DNA of 58,468 nucleotides, counting the filler, from Sphacelaria rigidula (lineage: Eukaryota), in assembly GCA_964200075.2 (NCBI GenBank). It is 9 parts of 9 records of this genome, joined end to end, with 100 filler letters (N's around TTAATTAATTAA, not from the genome) between each part and the next. Parts side by side here need not be neighbours in the genome. Positions count along the whole stretch, not along the records: positions 19,525 to 25,932 come from CAXNAA020020256.1; positions 26,033 to 32,440 come from CAXNAA020020257.1; positions 32,541 to 38,947 come from CAXNAA020020258.1; 6 more parts are not named here. The stretch is one strand, 5' to 3'. A program made the translations under genes and the position numbers. This document shows positions 23,419 through 34,130 of the stretch, piece after piece; the first letter of the stretch is position 1; each line of letters begins with the position of its first letter. The notes below the pieces were generated by a model. It searched no databases. It was not told the origin of the DNA and was given only the letters and a program-made list of their open reading frames with translations.

Positions 23419-24592
23419 CGGGGCTATACACGTTACACGTGCCACAACGTTACACGTTACGTTCACGTTACGTTTTTGCCGAAACGTAACGTGAACGTTC
23501 AATTTGTTTCACGTGATGAACGTAACATAACGTAACGTAACGTTATTTTTTCTTAAAAGTGCGAAACGATTCGTAACGTGAACGTTAAGTTGTCCAAGCG
23601 TTATACGTGTATTAGACGTTACGCGTAACCCTAACCCTAACCCTAACCCTAACCCTAACCCTAACCCTAACCCCATGAGACATCATAAACACGTTACATG
23701 AAGCGGTGTACACTTCAAGTTTGCAATGAAATTTGAAACCCTGAAAGATTGTGCTTCAATCAACACGAGTGACTTTGAATGACCATGGTATAGGACACAC
23801 TATTTCAGCACGTTCGCGCGCTCCGCGCCACAGCACACACTACAAGCTGTCGTTGCAGCACAGCATCATAACATCATAATCATCTTGACCACAATCATAT
23901 CAATAGAAGACACCGGGTGTAACGTACCCGTGCACGTCACGTTCACGTGCATAAAGTACATGGCATGGATCCAACGGGGGAATCGGCGGGTCCACAAGTA
24001 GGGGGTGCCGCAGCCTCAAGGCAATCATGTTCGCGGTCTCTTGTGTGTACAGCATTTGCTGTCGTGCGAATGACCAAGCATTTGAAAATTGATAATTGAA
24101 AAGAAAAAGATGATGAAAAGAGATAATATATAAAAACATAACGGCCAAGCACGAATGAACGATACACTGTAGATAAAGTAACGTTATACAATCAGATAAT
24201 GCGCCTACGCTCAAACATACGACGTGGTACCATGAGCGTCACGTTCACGGTAACGTCACGCGTTACCTGACACGTTACAACGCCTTAAACACTGGTAAAC
24301 GAGCCGCGACATGCACAGAATGAAACGTTACATTCCAACGTTACACGTGTCAATGAAACGTTATGTTAGACGTTACACATGACATCGAAACATTTCGTAT
24401 TACGGTACATGTGACGAAACGTAATATTATTTTCTTTTAACGTGATGAACGTATCGTAACGCGACCGTTGAAATTTCAAATGAAACGCAACGTTGAATAT
24501 TTTAACGTGCTGAACGAAACGTAACGCGAACGTTAAATTTCATAGAGGGATGAACGTAACGTGAACGTAAACGTGTAATATGTGTAGCCCTG
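23419..24592. mobile_element. Non-autonomous hAT-like element with dense AACGT/ACGTT subterminal repeats
   Basis: Ends cggggctatacacgttacacgt / acgtgtaatatgtgtagccctg (C(A/G)GGGCTA TIR). Flanks acaaaatc and aaaaaaatc resemble an 8-bp TSD. It interrupts a minus-strand family A SINE (23225-23418 plus 24593-24665). Confidence 0.75.
23626..23673. repeat. Interstitial telomeric repeat (TAACCC)8
   Basis: Eight perfect TAACCC units (TTAGGG on the minus strand). Confidence 0.95.
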
Positions 24593-25864
24593 AAAAAAAT
24601 CAGATGGCTCCCGGAAAAGAAAACTTTGGTAGATTTGCATCCCCTAGGGATCGAACCCCCGAAAAGTCGTCCCTAATTGGTCGTGTGATGTACCTCATGT
24701 TGTGATGTACCCAACTTTGTAATATAACCGTTTTTGTAATCCAGTCGGTTTTGTGGTGTACCCGATTTTGTTATGTGACCGATAGACCACCGAGGCCTGG
24801 CGGTGCAGTAGCAGTGCCTGCTCGATTTAGATCTGGTTGATTTGGTTGACTGTCGCACATGATCCGATCCTCGAGGGACCCAGGCGTGGTGACAAAACAC
24901 ATGTATACCCAAGCTAAACAAAATGAGAACGTACGCGAAAGAAGGAAAGTTGGAAACGAATAGCAGAAAAGATACAACAAACGATGTGAGTAAACTGAGA
25001 TTAAAAAAAAAACGTGTTCTATTTTTTCAGTCTTAACCCTTCGACGGCAAGGTGCGTCAGACGTCAAATCAGCATCATTTTTGCTTCAAAAATGACTGGC
25101 AAGACCCGTATGACCCCACCCTGGCGTGGGTCAACGGTGAAAAGGCACGTGTTCCTCGGGCAGAGGAAATGCGGCCACAATTCTCATGCCGACCGATGGG
25201 CTAGATTATGTGAACACTTTTATAACCGAATGTACAGTCCCAAAAAATCAATATTTCAGAGCGGCTACATCCGCCCATCAGACTTTTTCGTTGTCCGTAA
25301 CTTGGGTGGGGTCCCGATATAGTGCAGTTGGTTTTACCAAGACTGCATGATCCCACTATTGGTGAGAAGCCGCATTTTTTCTACTTTTTTTTCTTCGTCG
25401 TGATCTCAACCGCTTGCCCCACGCAGGATGCGTGCGTCTGTGTCAAGGGATCGATCAGCCCATCTCTCCCTTGTTTGGTGCGTGCCTGACATTTGGGGTT
25501 TTGAGGATTGGATCAGCCCGTCTCCCGCCCCTCGTCGGCCCTCGTCGATCGTGTTTGTGCTGTATTCACGTCCTCGTAGTAACCGTTTTCTTGCTTTCCT
25601 CTGCGGGCTGTTTGTGGGTACGGGTGGTATGCTCCTTGCACTCTGTGACCACCGGTTCGAGAGATCGAGCTAATGTGACGAACATATTGATAATCATCAT
25701 TATCCACACGTGTTTTTGGACGACGGGTTTACTACAGTGGATTTTCATGAACAAACGGGATAAAAAAACCGTCGGGATTCGAACTCGGAGCTCATACGTA
25801 TGGCGTCGGCGGCTATTGGTGCACCATTTTGATTTCGACCATCGGGGCTCTGCTGACATCTGGA

Positions 25865-25932
25865 GGGGGGAAGGGGCGTACTCATTTGTTGCTTGCCTTA
25901 GTCATTTGACCATTGACCACGCATCCCTTTCG
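25865..25932 (-). mobile_element. 3' end of LINE family (contig ends inside it)
   Basis: gcgtactcatttgttgcttgccttagtcatttgaccattgaccacgcatcccttt, nearly identical to 6355-6408. Confidence 0.8.
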
Positions 25933-26032
25933 NNNNNNNNNNNNNNNNNNNNNNNNNNNNNNNNNNNNNNNNNNNNTTAATTAATTAANNNNNNNNNNNN
26001 NNNNNNNNNNNNNNNNNNNNNNNNNNNNNNNN
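25933..26032. other. Artificial contig spacer
   Basis: N-TTAATTAATTAA-N, 100 nt. Confidence 0.99.
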
Positions 26033-26716
26033 GCTGGGGATTCCCTCAACAGCATTTAAACGCTGCAGTACTATCAAACCTGCTAGCGTCACATACCTTA
26101 CTAGACAGATCCCGAACACGCCGCTTTTATCTTACGGCGAAAGCGACTACACATTACTCCTTGCAGGACGTTGACACTTGTGTGCCGCTGCTGTGTCTAT
26201 AGTGCGGTGTCCTCTTACCCTTACGCTGACTCCTGTAGTGTTTTAGTTCACCGCTCATAACATCCACGCTTACTTTTTCGGTGCAACACCTGTGTAGTAG
26301 CAACTGTCGCTCCACCGTCTTGCAGCACTGTAGTACACATTATCTGTCCTTCCGCACATTATAGTCTGTTCTTCCGATTACACGACACCTTCCCCGCTTA
26401 CTCACTCGTGTCGGTGCTGTACTTCTGTCATCGCACACCCCCTCGGGTATATACAACACCCCAGCCCCGCTTCTCAAACTTCCCGCCGGGTGTGCACTAC
26501 GCAATCCACTTTTCATCTTTGGGTTGTGTATTACGCGACGCACATTTCATCTTCTGTGTGTGTAGTGGGTGATATATTTTTCATCTCTCGTGTGTATACC
26601 AGGGAACACATTTTTATCTTTTGATTATATACTGCGTGATCCCCCCTTTCGTTGTATCCTACGCTATCCATCTTTTTCCTTTTTGGTGCTGTACTACCTG
26701 GTCCGTTTTTCGATTT

Positions 26717-27160
26717 AACACGGGATCTTACATATTGGGGATGGATCTCTTATTGGGGATGAAAAATCCGGAGAATTAAAATATTCATATCCACACCAAA
26801 TCTTCGAGATATGGTTTCATTTCGTCATCTACTGATAGCTATTTACAACTGCTACACGCCATAGAAATTTGAATTTTGATCACCGAAGTGTTGGGGTCCT
26901 AGGTGAAAAATCAATTCGGGGGGATTCCGGGTGTCCGAACGGACGCTAAAATGGTTCCGTGATTGTTTTTTCTCCTAGGACCCCGACATTTTGGTGATGG
27001 AGATCCAAACTTCTATGGCGTGTAGCAGTTGTAAATAGCTTTCAGTAGGTGAAGAAATGGAACCATATCTCGAAGATCTGGTGTGGATACGAAGATTTTA
27101 ATTCTCTGGGTTTTTCATCCCCAATAAAAGATCCATCCCCAATTTGTAAGATCCCGTGTT
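26717..27160. mobile_element. Fold-back MITE, ~200-bp inverted arms
   Basis: aacacgggatcttacatattggggatggatct... versus ...agatccatccccaatttgtaagatcccgtgtt. ATTT on both flanks. Half-copy at ~52960-53185. Confidence 0.85.
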
Positions 27161-27969
27161 ATTTGCTGTTGTTTTTCGAAAGTTCGTGTTCCCCTGTAAT
27201 CCTTTCAGTTGGCGCTGATCTGCACCAACATTAGTGTTTCAGTCGGCTGCTACAGCTGTCTCCTGTCGGACCCCTGCACTGTAATTCAGTGTTTAGCACC
27301 CTCGCTGCCGCCTTTCTGATTATTTTTCTCGGCTAAATTTTGGTGTATACTTTCGTGGTCTCGAGTTGTGTTTTTCTACACCTCCTGTGTGCGGTGTCCT
27401 ACTTGCACCACTGCAGTATCCCTGTTCAGTGTGTGCCTGGCCACTGAAGTACCCCTGTTATATTTGACGTGCACAGTGCGCCCGTCGTATATCTGTCCGG
27501 GTGTTTGCCTCCTTTCACAGTCACCTCATTGTTAGGTTTTGCTCTTGCACCACACCTCTCTTGCGACAACTATTGGCTTTGTCTGTAAGTTTTCTCCTTG
27601 ACGACTGTTAATACCTGTGGTACACCTTCAGTGCGCCTTCCTGCGGTCCCCCATACACGGTTTCCCCTACAGGTGTCGTATTTCTGCCGCAGTTTCTCTC
27701 TTTTCGGCGTTTAACTTCAGTTCTTCATATTTTGCTCCGCTGTGTGCCCTTTCGGTACATGAAAAACTACTGCCGCGATTACGCTGATTGTTATTATCAC
27801 CGCAGTTTACTCTACTTCGGTGTACCTCCATTTATAAATTTTGTAGTCTTTCTGCTTATTTTGTTTTCGATACTTATAATCCCCTGCCGAGCCTACACTA
27901 CATGCTATTATTACACCAGAACTATTGTACTCTGGTGTCTGGCGTCCATTTCTACCTCTTCAATTTAAT

Positions 27970-30663
27970 ATGGCGCAACCACAAAAAATAATTCTCCCCT
28001 CGGCCCTTCCTCCTTACAAATCTTTACGCCGTCAGCGTTTCCTTTCATCACTTCCTTCAAAACCTTTCACTCTTACTTCCCCTGTACACGAAGAAGTAAC
28101 ATCCGACAGAGCTTCGGCCCTCCACTCTGGCGACTACATGTCTCAAGACTTGGCTGCTACTGGTGACCACGACCGCCATTTGTCCAAGACTTCCAACATG
28201 ATCGCCGAGTCGCTACGTGCTCGCTCTGTTGCGAAACGCACACCGTCCAAGACTCCCGACATGATAGCCGAGTCGCTACGCGCTCGCTCTGTCGCGGACC
28301 GTCCACTGTCCAAGACTTCCAACATGATCGCCGAGTCGCTACGCGCTCGCTCTGTTGTGAAACGCACGCCGTCTCGGAGTTCCAACATGATCGACGAGCC
28401 GCTACGCGCTCGCTCTGTTGTGAAACGCACACCGTCTCGGAGTTCCAACATATCTGCCGAGTCGGCACGCGTTTCCACTGCTGTGCAACGCAAACCGCTC
28501 CACGCTTCCGCCGCGGTTATCGACTCACTCCGCGCTCGCGGTGTTGACGAAAGGCATCCGTCCATGCCTTCCGACGTTTTCGGTACGTCGCACAAGGGTT
28601 CCGATGCCTTACAGCGCCCGCGACGACCCGACATGTATCGTGAGGACACTTCTGTTCACCAGCCCTCGCGCCGAACATTCTCCTCGCGTCTTGGCCGCTC
28701 AGAAGAGCCTTCCACAGGGCACCTGCCTTTAGTCACGGCTCTTGAGCACTTGCTCCGTTCATCACCGGCTGTCATTTCTGACGGTCCGGCGACAACTACC
28801 CTTTCACAAGCGCTCGCGGTCGCGTCTCACACAGCCGTTCAACATTCAACGTCCTCAGATCACGTTTACTTTGACAGTAGTGTGAACCATCAGGCCTCTG
28901 TACCAGCGAATGCAGACCATGATGACGGACATACGACCTCAGATGTTCCCTTTGATTCGGATATGGATGGTGACGACACTGTCCACCATGGTGATCGATC
29001 CACTCATGTTCATGACGTACGTGCATTGCTATCGGGATTATCATCGACCACAGGATCCTCACGACCCAAATTTGTCGATCAAACCCGCGTGAGTTCACGG
29101 TTGCCCACGAATGCTTCGTTGACTGACATCCACGCACCCTTACGCGACGAACACAGCACTTACCGTGCCCTTCCGCCCCATCCGGATGCCGCCACTGTGC
29201 GTGCGGTGGAACGACAAATCGCAGATCTCCGGCGATACCTGCAATCTGCTTCTATCATGGCTGACGCTCCGGCACCTTCGACTACCGTCCCCATCGCAGT
29301 CCCTACACCTACTGCGGATGACATCGGTACGGATGCAGAAAGCACCCGTGCCACGCCCTCCGCCCCCCGCGTGGCGACAACTGTGGCTCCCGCCACGGCG
29401 TATCAGGGTGACACCCCTGTCACGGCCGCTCCGGCGGGATTGGACCCGTCGCCGCAAGATACTCCTGCCACGAGTTCGGCTCCGGCGCCTGCGCCAGATG
29501 CTTTCACGGACGACCACCCCCTGTTGGGCGTCGAGCACTGCCCGCCGGGCCTTCTTCCCTGACTGTGGTTGCGTGGACCCCGCTCCGATCAGGAGCAGAT
29601 TCTCGAGGAATACCGCACCCTTAACGCGGCCACGCACCCTGCGCCACCCTCACCCCGCCAAACGGCGGATGACGCTGACCATCGTCTTCTCCATGACGAC
29701 CACTCGGTACGTCTGACGCGCCAACGACAGGCGGTCGATTCGGCGACCAGCCGCCAGCGGGCGGCTCAACAAACTCTAACTGAACGCCTCGTTGCGTTCG
29801 ACCAGATGTGCGACTTCATTCGACGCGATGGACATCGTTTGCGTCAATGCACCACGGCCCCGGAGACTGCCACCACGGCTTTACGCTCTCTAGAACAGGA
29901 GTAACACCTTCCTCTTCTGAGGACCATGCCGAGCGAGCCAGCGTCTGCACCTTCTGCCGCCATTCCCGGCTCGGCGGAAGCACGCCAGCCCTCGCGCCCA
30001 CACGCTGCTGCTGCGGCTCCTACCACCTCGCCTGCGCGCACCCCGGTATCGCCACCACAGGACCTTCAAACCTCGGCGCCCCCTGCCCTCACACCTTGGC
30101 TCCGCCTTCAGGGCAGCGAACGGTCTTGGCTTTGTTGGACGCTACGCCAACTTTCAGGAAAGTACAACCGCAAGAACGTTCTCCGCGCCACCGAGGAGGC
30201 TTGGCGCTCGCTTACTCTGCCGATCAACAGCATGATCGTCCCTTTCCTTCAGCAAGGGGGACAACTGCCTAACAACGACCCAGGCGCTCTCACTATCGAA
30301 CGACTTGTATTGTACCTAACGATCGGTACCGGGGACAGTCGCATCGCTTATGAGACCGCCGTCGCTGCCCTCTTCGCTGCTATGCGTGCAGCTCATAACA
30401 CGCTGTCGCCCGACGATGACGAGGCCTGGATCACACCCCACCCCCCTCGCCACCGTCGTGATGATGACGACTCTGACGACGACCCTCTCGGGGCCGCACC
30501 ACGCCGTGGTCAAGGGGCCAACCGCAACAACAACAATGGTCGACGCACAACCCGGGGCAGCCACATACGGTCTGGTAATCAGTCTTCAAGTTCATCGACT
30601 GCCAGGCACCGCCAACACGCCTCACGCGATCCGTACGGCCCTCACCGGCCGTCAGGCAAGTAA
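27970..30663 (+). pseudogene. Retroelement-associated ORF1 (~900 codons, two premature stops) with 21-aa tandem repeats
   Basis: ORFs 27925-29562, 29569-29904 and 29926-30663 share one frame and are separated by single stops. Intronless, directly upstream of a gag-like ORF. Confidence 0.65.
28180..28560 (+). repeat. 63-nt coding tandem repeat (SKTSNMIAESLRARSVAKRTP)
   Basis: Unit anchors at 28198, 28261, 28324, 28387 and 28450, plus a degenerate sixth copy. Confidence 0.92.
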
Positions 30664-30671
30664 CGCCCCCT

Positions 30672-32339
30672 TTGGCGGTCGCGTCTGCTCGCCTTCTAGG
30701 TCTTACTGATAGTGATAGTGACAATTCGGCTAGCTTACTGTCTTCTACCTCGGCTCGGTCACTAGCTGCCGCCGCCGCAGCCAAACAACAAGCTGCCGCT
30801 GATGAAGCCGCTTCCGATACTCGTAGACAAGCGTCTCGTGTCGCTGCAATCAAGCGTGAGTACTTACAAATGGATGTCAAGACACTTTGGCATATCAAAA
30901 CCATGCCTGCTGCAGACAATGAGGACTCTGATCAGTTCACATCTGCTCTCATTTTCTCAATGCGTCGAACGATGCGCAACATCCTTGAGTTGGCCGATGC
31001 AACTAGACAACAATGTTTCGAAGACTCCGACTGGATTGATGGATGGCAAACACCGTTACACAAGGCTTTGCATCGCTCAATCAACTGTCGCTCCCCTGAC
31101 GTCGCTGCTTCTTTGACGCAGATTCTCGACTTCTTCTTCGCCGCAATGTATCAAGATTGTGCCGGCGGGCAAACAGCGCCGCTATTATTCGGCAATTTGG
31201 AAGGGCGCATTATAAGTTATTTTGATAAGTCTATCAGGCAGGCGCCATCAAGCGCCTCAGTTCCTTCGCCGTGGCAACAGACGTGCCCTTTGCTGACTAC
31301 CTACGCGAATTCAAGCTTTTGGTGCCTAGTGTAACTGGTACTGGCCGACAGAATGGCCCTAGTGATGCTATGTGTCAGACATATGTTCGCAATAGTATCC
31401 CTCAGCAATTTCCGACGCTGATGCTGTCTCTGTTTCCGGGCGCTTCGGCGCACAAAGAGGTGCCTTACGCCTCCGTAGACGCGATGTGGACTGCGTTTGT
31501 AGATCAAGAACATCATTTAACGCCCGCCATTCGTGGCACACAGTGTTCTTCTGGGTCTTCGCAGACCTTGCGTGCCGCATCCACGAGTACCTCCGTCTCG
31601 TGGACACACTCACACTTTGTCCAGTAATACTTGGACACCCAATTCTGTCGATGGATCGGTCATGTCTGTTCATAGCAAATAAGACCCCTTCCGAGCAAGC
31701 TTCGACGCTTGGCCTTATTCGGCAGATACTTTTGATGACGTTCATGTCGTTTCCACAACTGCTTTCATCACGGATGACCCACATTTATGGACCCCCTTGC
31801 TTTCGCCTTCGGCACGCAAGGATGCTTTTCGTCGCCATGCTAACACATGCATCAACTGCAATGGTACTGGCCACAGTATGCGTGACTGCCCTGAACCTTG
31901 CATCAATACTTTCTCGCTCATGAACCCTGAACTTTAGAGCAACGGGCCGGCGTGGCGCCGATGGCAAAAACTCATGCGCGAGTATCGTACACCGTCTCGC
32001 CACCATCGCCCGCCTTACCACAATCATAGCGACTCTCGCTCAAATCGCGACCGCCGCCACACCACCAACACCGACTCAGGTATTCGCCGTAGAGATAGTT
32101 CTTTCCGCCCTTCTCAGTCTTCCCATGGTCATCACCAGCGAACGGGGCCAACTCACGACAACTCAAACCCCAATGCCAGAAACCCTGGGCTCTTTCATGA
32201 CAGATCGCAACGACCCATGACACGCCGACGATGGCGTGAAGTCTTCGGCGCCGCCGATAGCAGAATCGAAGACTCATCCAACCCCCACCGCCGCTTGGGT
32301 GACAAAACGTTCTCACCCGAACTTTTCCACACTAAGTAG
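30672..32339 (+). pseudogene. Decayed gag-like ORF with CCHC zinc knuckle
   Basis: Frameshifted segments ...VPFADYLREFKLLV...QQFPTLMLSLFPG..., then CINCNGTGHSMRDC (CX2CX4HX4C, 31848-31889) and an Arg/Ser-rich tail. Confidence 0.8.
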
Positions 32340-32440
32340 GAGATCTAATGACGGCCGTTCTTCTCGACCCCCGTCTTTATCTTCATACACACAGCGTAAC
32401 CGTTGTGTTGACTCACCACCCAGCTCTATGCTTGGCTCCA

Positions 32441-32540
32441 NNNNNNNNNNNNNNNNNNNNNNNNNNNNNNNNNNNNNNNNNNNNTTAATTAATTAANNNN
32501 NNNNNNNNNNNNNNNNNNNNNNNNNNNNNNNNNNNNNNNN
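32441..32540. other. Artificial contig spacer
   Basis: N-TTAATTAATTAA-N, 100 nt. Confidence 0.99.
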
Positions 32541-32614
32541 ATCAGGTACACAAGTGTGTTCATACTTCACCTGTAGGAGCTGGATCGCATAGAAACTGAT
32601 CTGTCCGACGTGTG
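32541..32614. mobile_element. CACAC-type TIR element end
   Basis: atcaggtacacaagtgtgtt...gatctgtccgacgtgtg, similar to 15241-15314. Confidence 0.6.
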
Positions 32615-32719
32615 ACATGTTCCCACTTGACCCTTAGACCGCGAGATTAGTGTTTCTGGATCATGCATACTTTTTTTCACTTTAAATTGATGCCGATCCA
32701 ACAGAAGACTAACCTCGCG

Positions 32720-33570
32720 GTCTAGGGGTTAAAACAGAGACATGAGGAAATTGCGATGGTAATATAGCGTGAAGAACATACCGAAAAAGAGATTGCCAGC
32801 TATAGTTAATGAGGCTGTATGGAACAAAACTACGAAAGAAAAGGCTGGAGTAAGGTGGGATAAAGAAGTGGAAAAAATATGGAAGGAGATAGGAGGAAAC
32901 CAGGACGAAATACTGTCCATAGATGAAGACGTGGGGTACAAGACAAAAGTAAGATATATGATGAGAATAAGGGTAAAAGGAGCGCTCGGACGCAAAGTAG
33001 ACGAGGAAGAACACCTGGAGATATACGAGTGGTTGAGAGAGGGGATAGGGATGAAAGCATATTTGCCTGGCCCCATGGACGCGACGAAAAACCTGAACCT
33101 GCGATTTCGTGTGGGGGACTTGGACCTGCCAGGAAGAAGGAAGATATATACCAGTCGTCTTGTGGAGGAGGAAGTAGATGGACAAAACTGCCTCTGTGGC
33201 AAAGGAATAGAGAGCAGAAGTCATATAGTGATAGAATGTGAGGTATACAAGGAGGAACGGGACGTGCGAGAGGGGGAAATGCGGGACGTGAACGAAGGTG
33301 CGATGAAATCGTTTGATGCATTGGACAGTAGGGTAAAAACGGTGGCTATACTAGGAGATGGATGGTGGCCAGAGACGGCGAAACAGGACGGGGATAAAGT
33401 ATATAAATGGTTTTGGTGGAATGTATGGAAGAAACGCAATGAGCGCCGGAATGTTGGAGGTGTCTCTATTAGGAGTAGGAAGTGTGCTCCGTCTCGAAAG
33501 GGATGCGTGGTCAATGGTCACACGACTAACGCCAGCAACAAATGAGTATGCCTCCCCCCCCTCCCCCCGC
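32720..33570 (+). mobile_element. 5'-truncated non-LTR retrotransposon (LINE), post-RT C-terminal ORF2 region
   Basis: 258-aa ORF with LRFRVG.L...CLCGKGIESRSHIVIECEVYKEER (LINE C-terminal Zn-knuckle-like motif). Its 3' end is repeated at four other sites in the window. Confidence 0.8.
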
Positions 33571-33989
33571 CTGGTGCGGCGAGAACCCGGCGTGCTCCGT
33601 CCCGGCTTGGTAGGGGCAGACCCCCGTTGGCGTCGGTTGGCGATGACGCTATAAAACACACCACTCACTGCGTAAGCTAGGCAACCAGGTTACCGTTGTT
33701 TTTTGCGCGCATGCGTTTTTTTTGCGGTAACCATGATGGTAGTCGAACTAGATCATGCTGTGCGGCGTGGGAGAACCTCATCTTCGCACAATTGGGATGA
33801 TCGTACTACGTAGTGTTTGAATGGTGAGACACCCATAATGCAGTGCATCAACCGTGACTGTCTATGGAAGTGGCGATACCAGAAAATAAAGCAAATCATT
33901 GGACGTTGTTATCCAAATGCAAGATAATCAGTAGACTTCGGGCCGAACAATCTTAGTAGGATGCTCACCCTTCCTGCAACTCACCGAAC

Positions 33990-34130
33990 ATACCACGGCG
34001 CTTTGCGCTCGGTGATTGCAAGCCTGGTCCGGCGAAAACCCGGCGTGGTCCGTCCCGAATTGCGGGGGTGTGAGGTCAAAGGTCTGATGTCTATGGCATG
34101 CATGATCATGAGTACATCCCCCCCTCCCCC
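33990..34130 (+). mobile_element. Retroposon 3' end (family C)
   Basis: gcctggtccggcgaaaacccggcgtg...ggtcaaaggtctgatg...atgatcatgagtacatcccc. Reverse-complement copy at 58352-58468, partial copy at 33570-33625. Confidence 0.65.
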
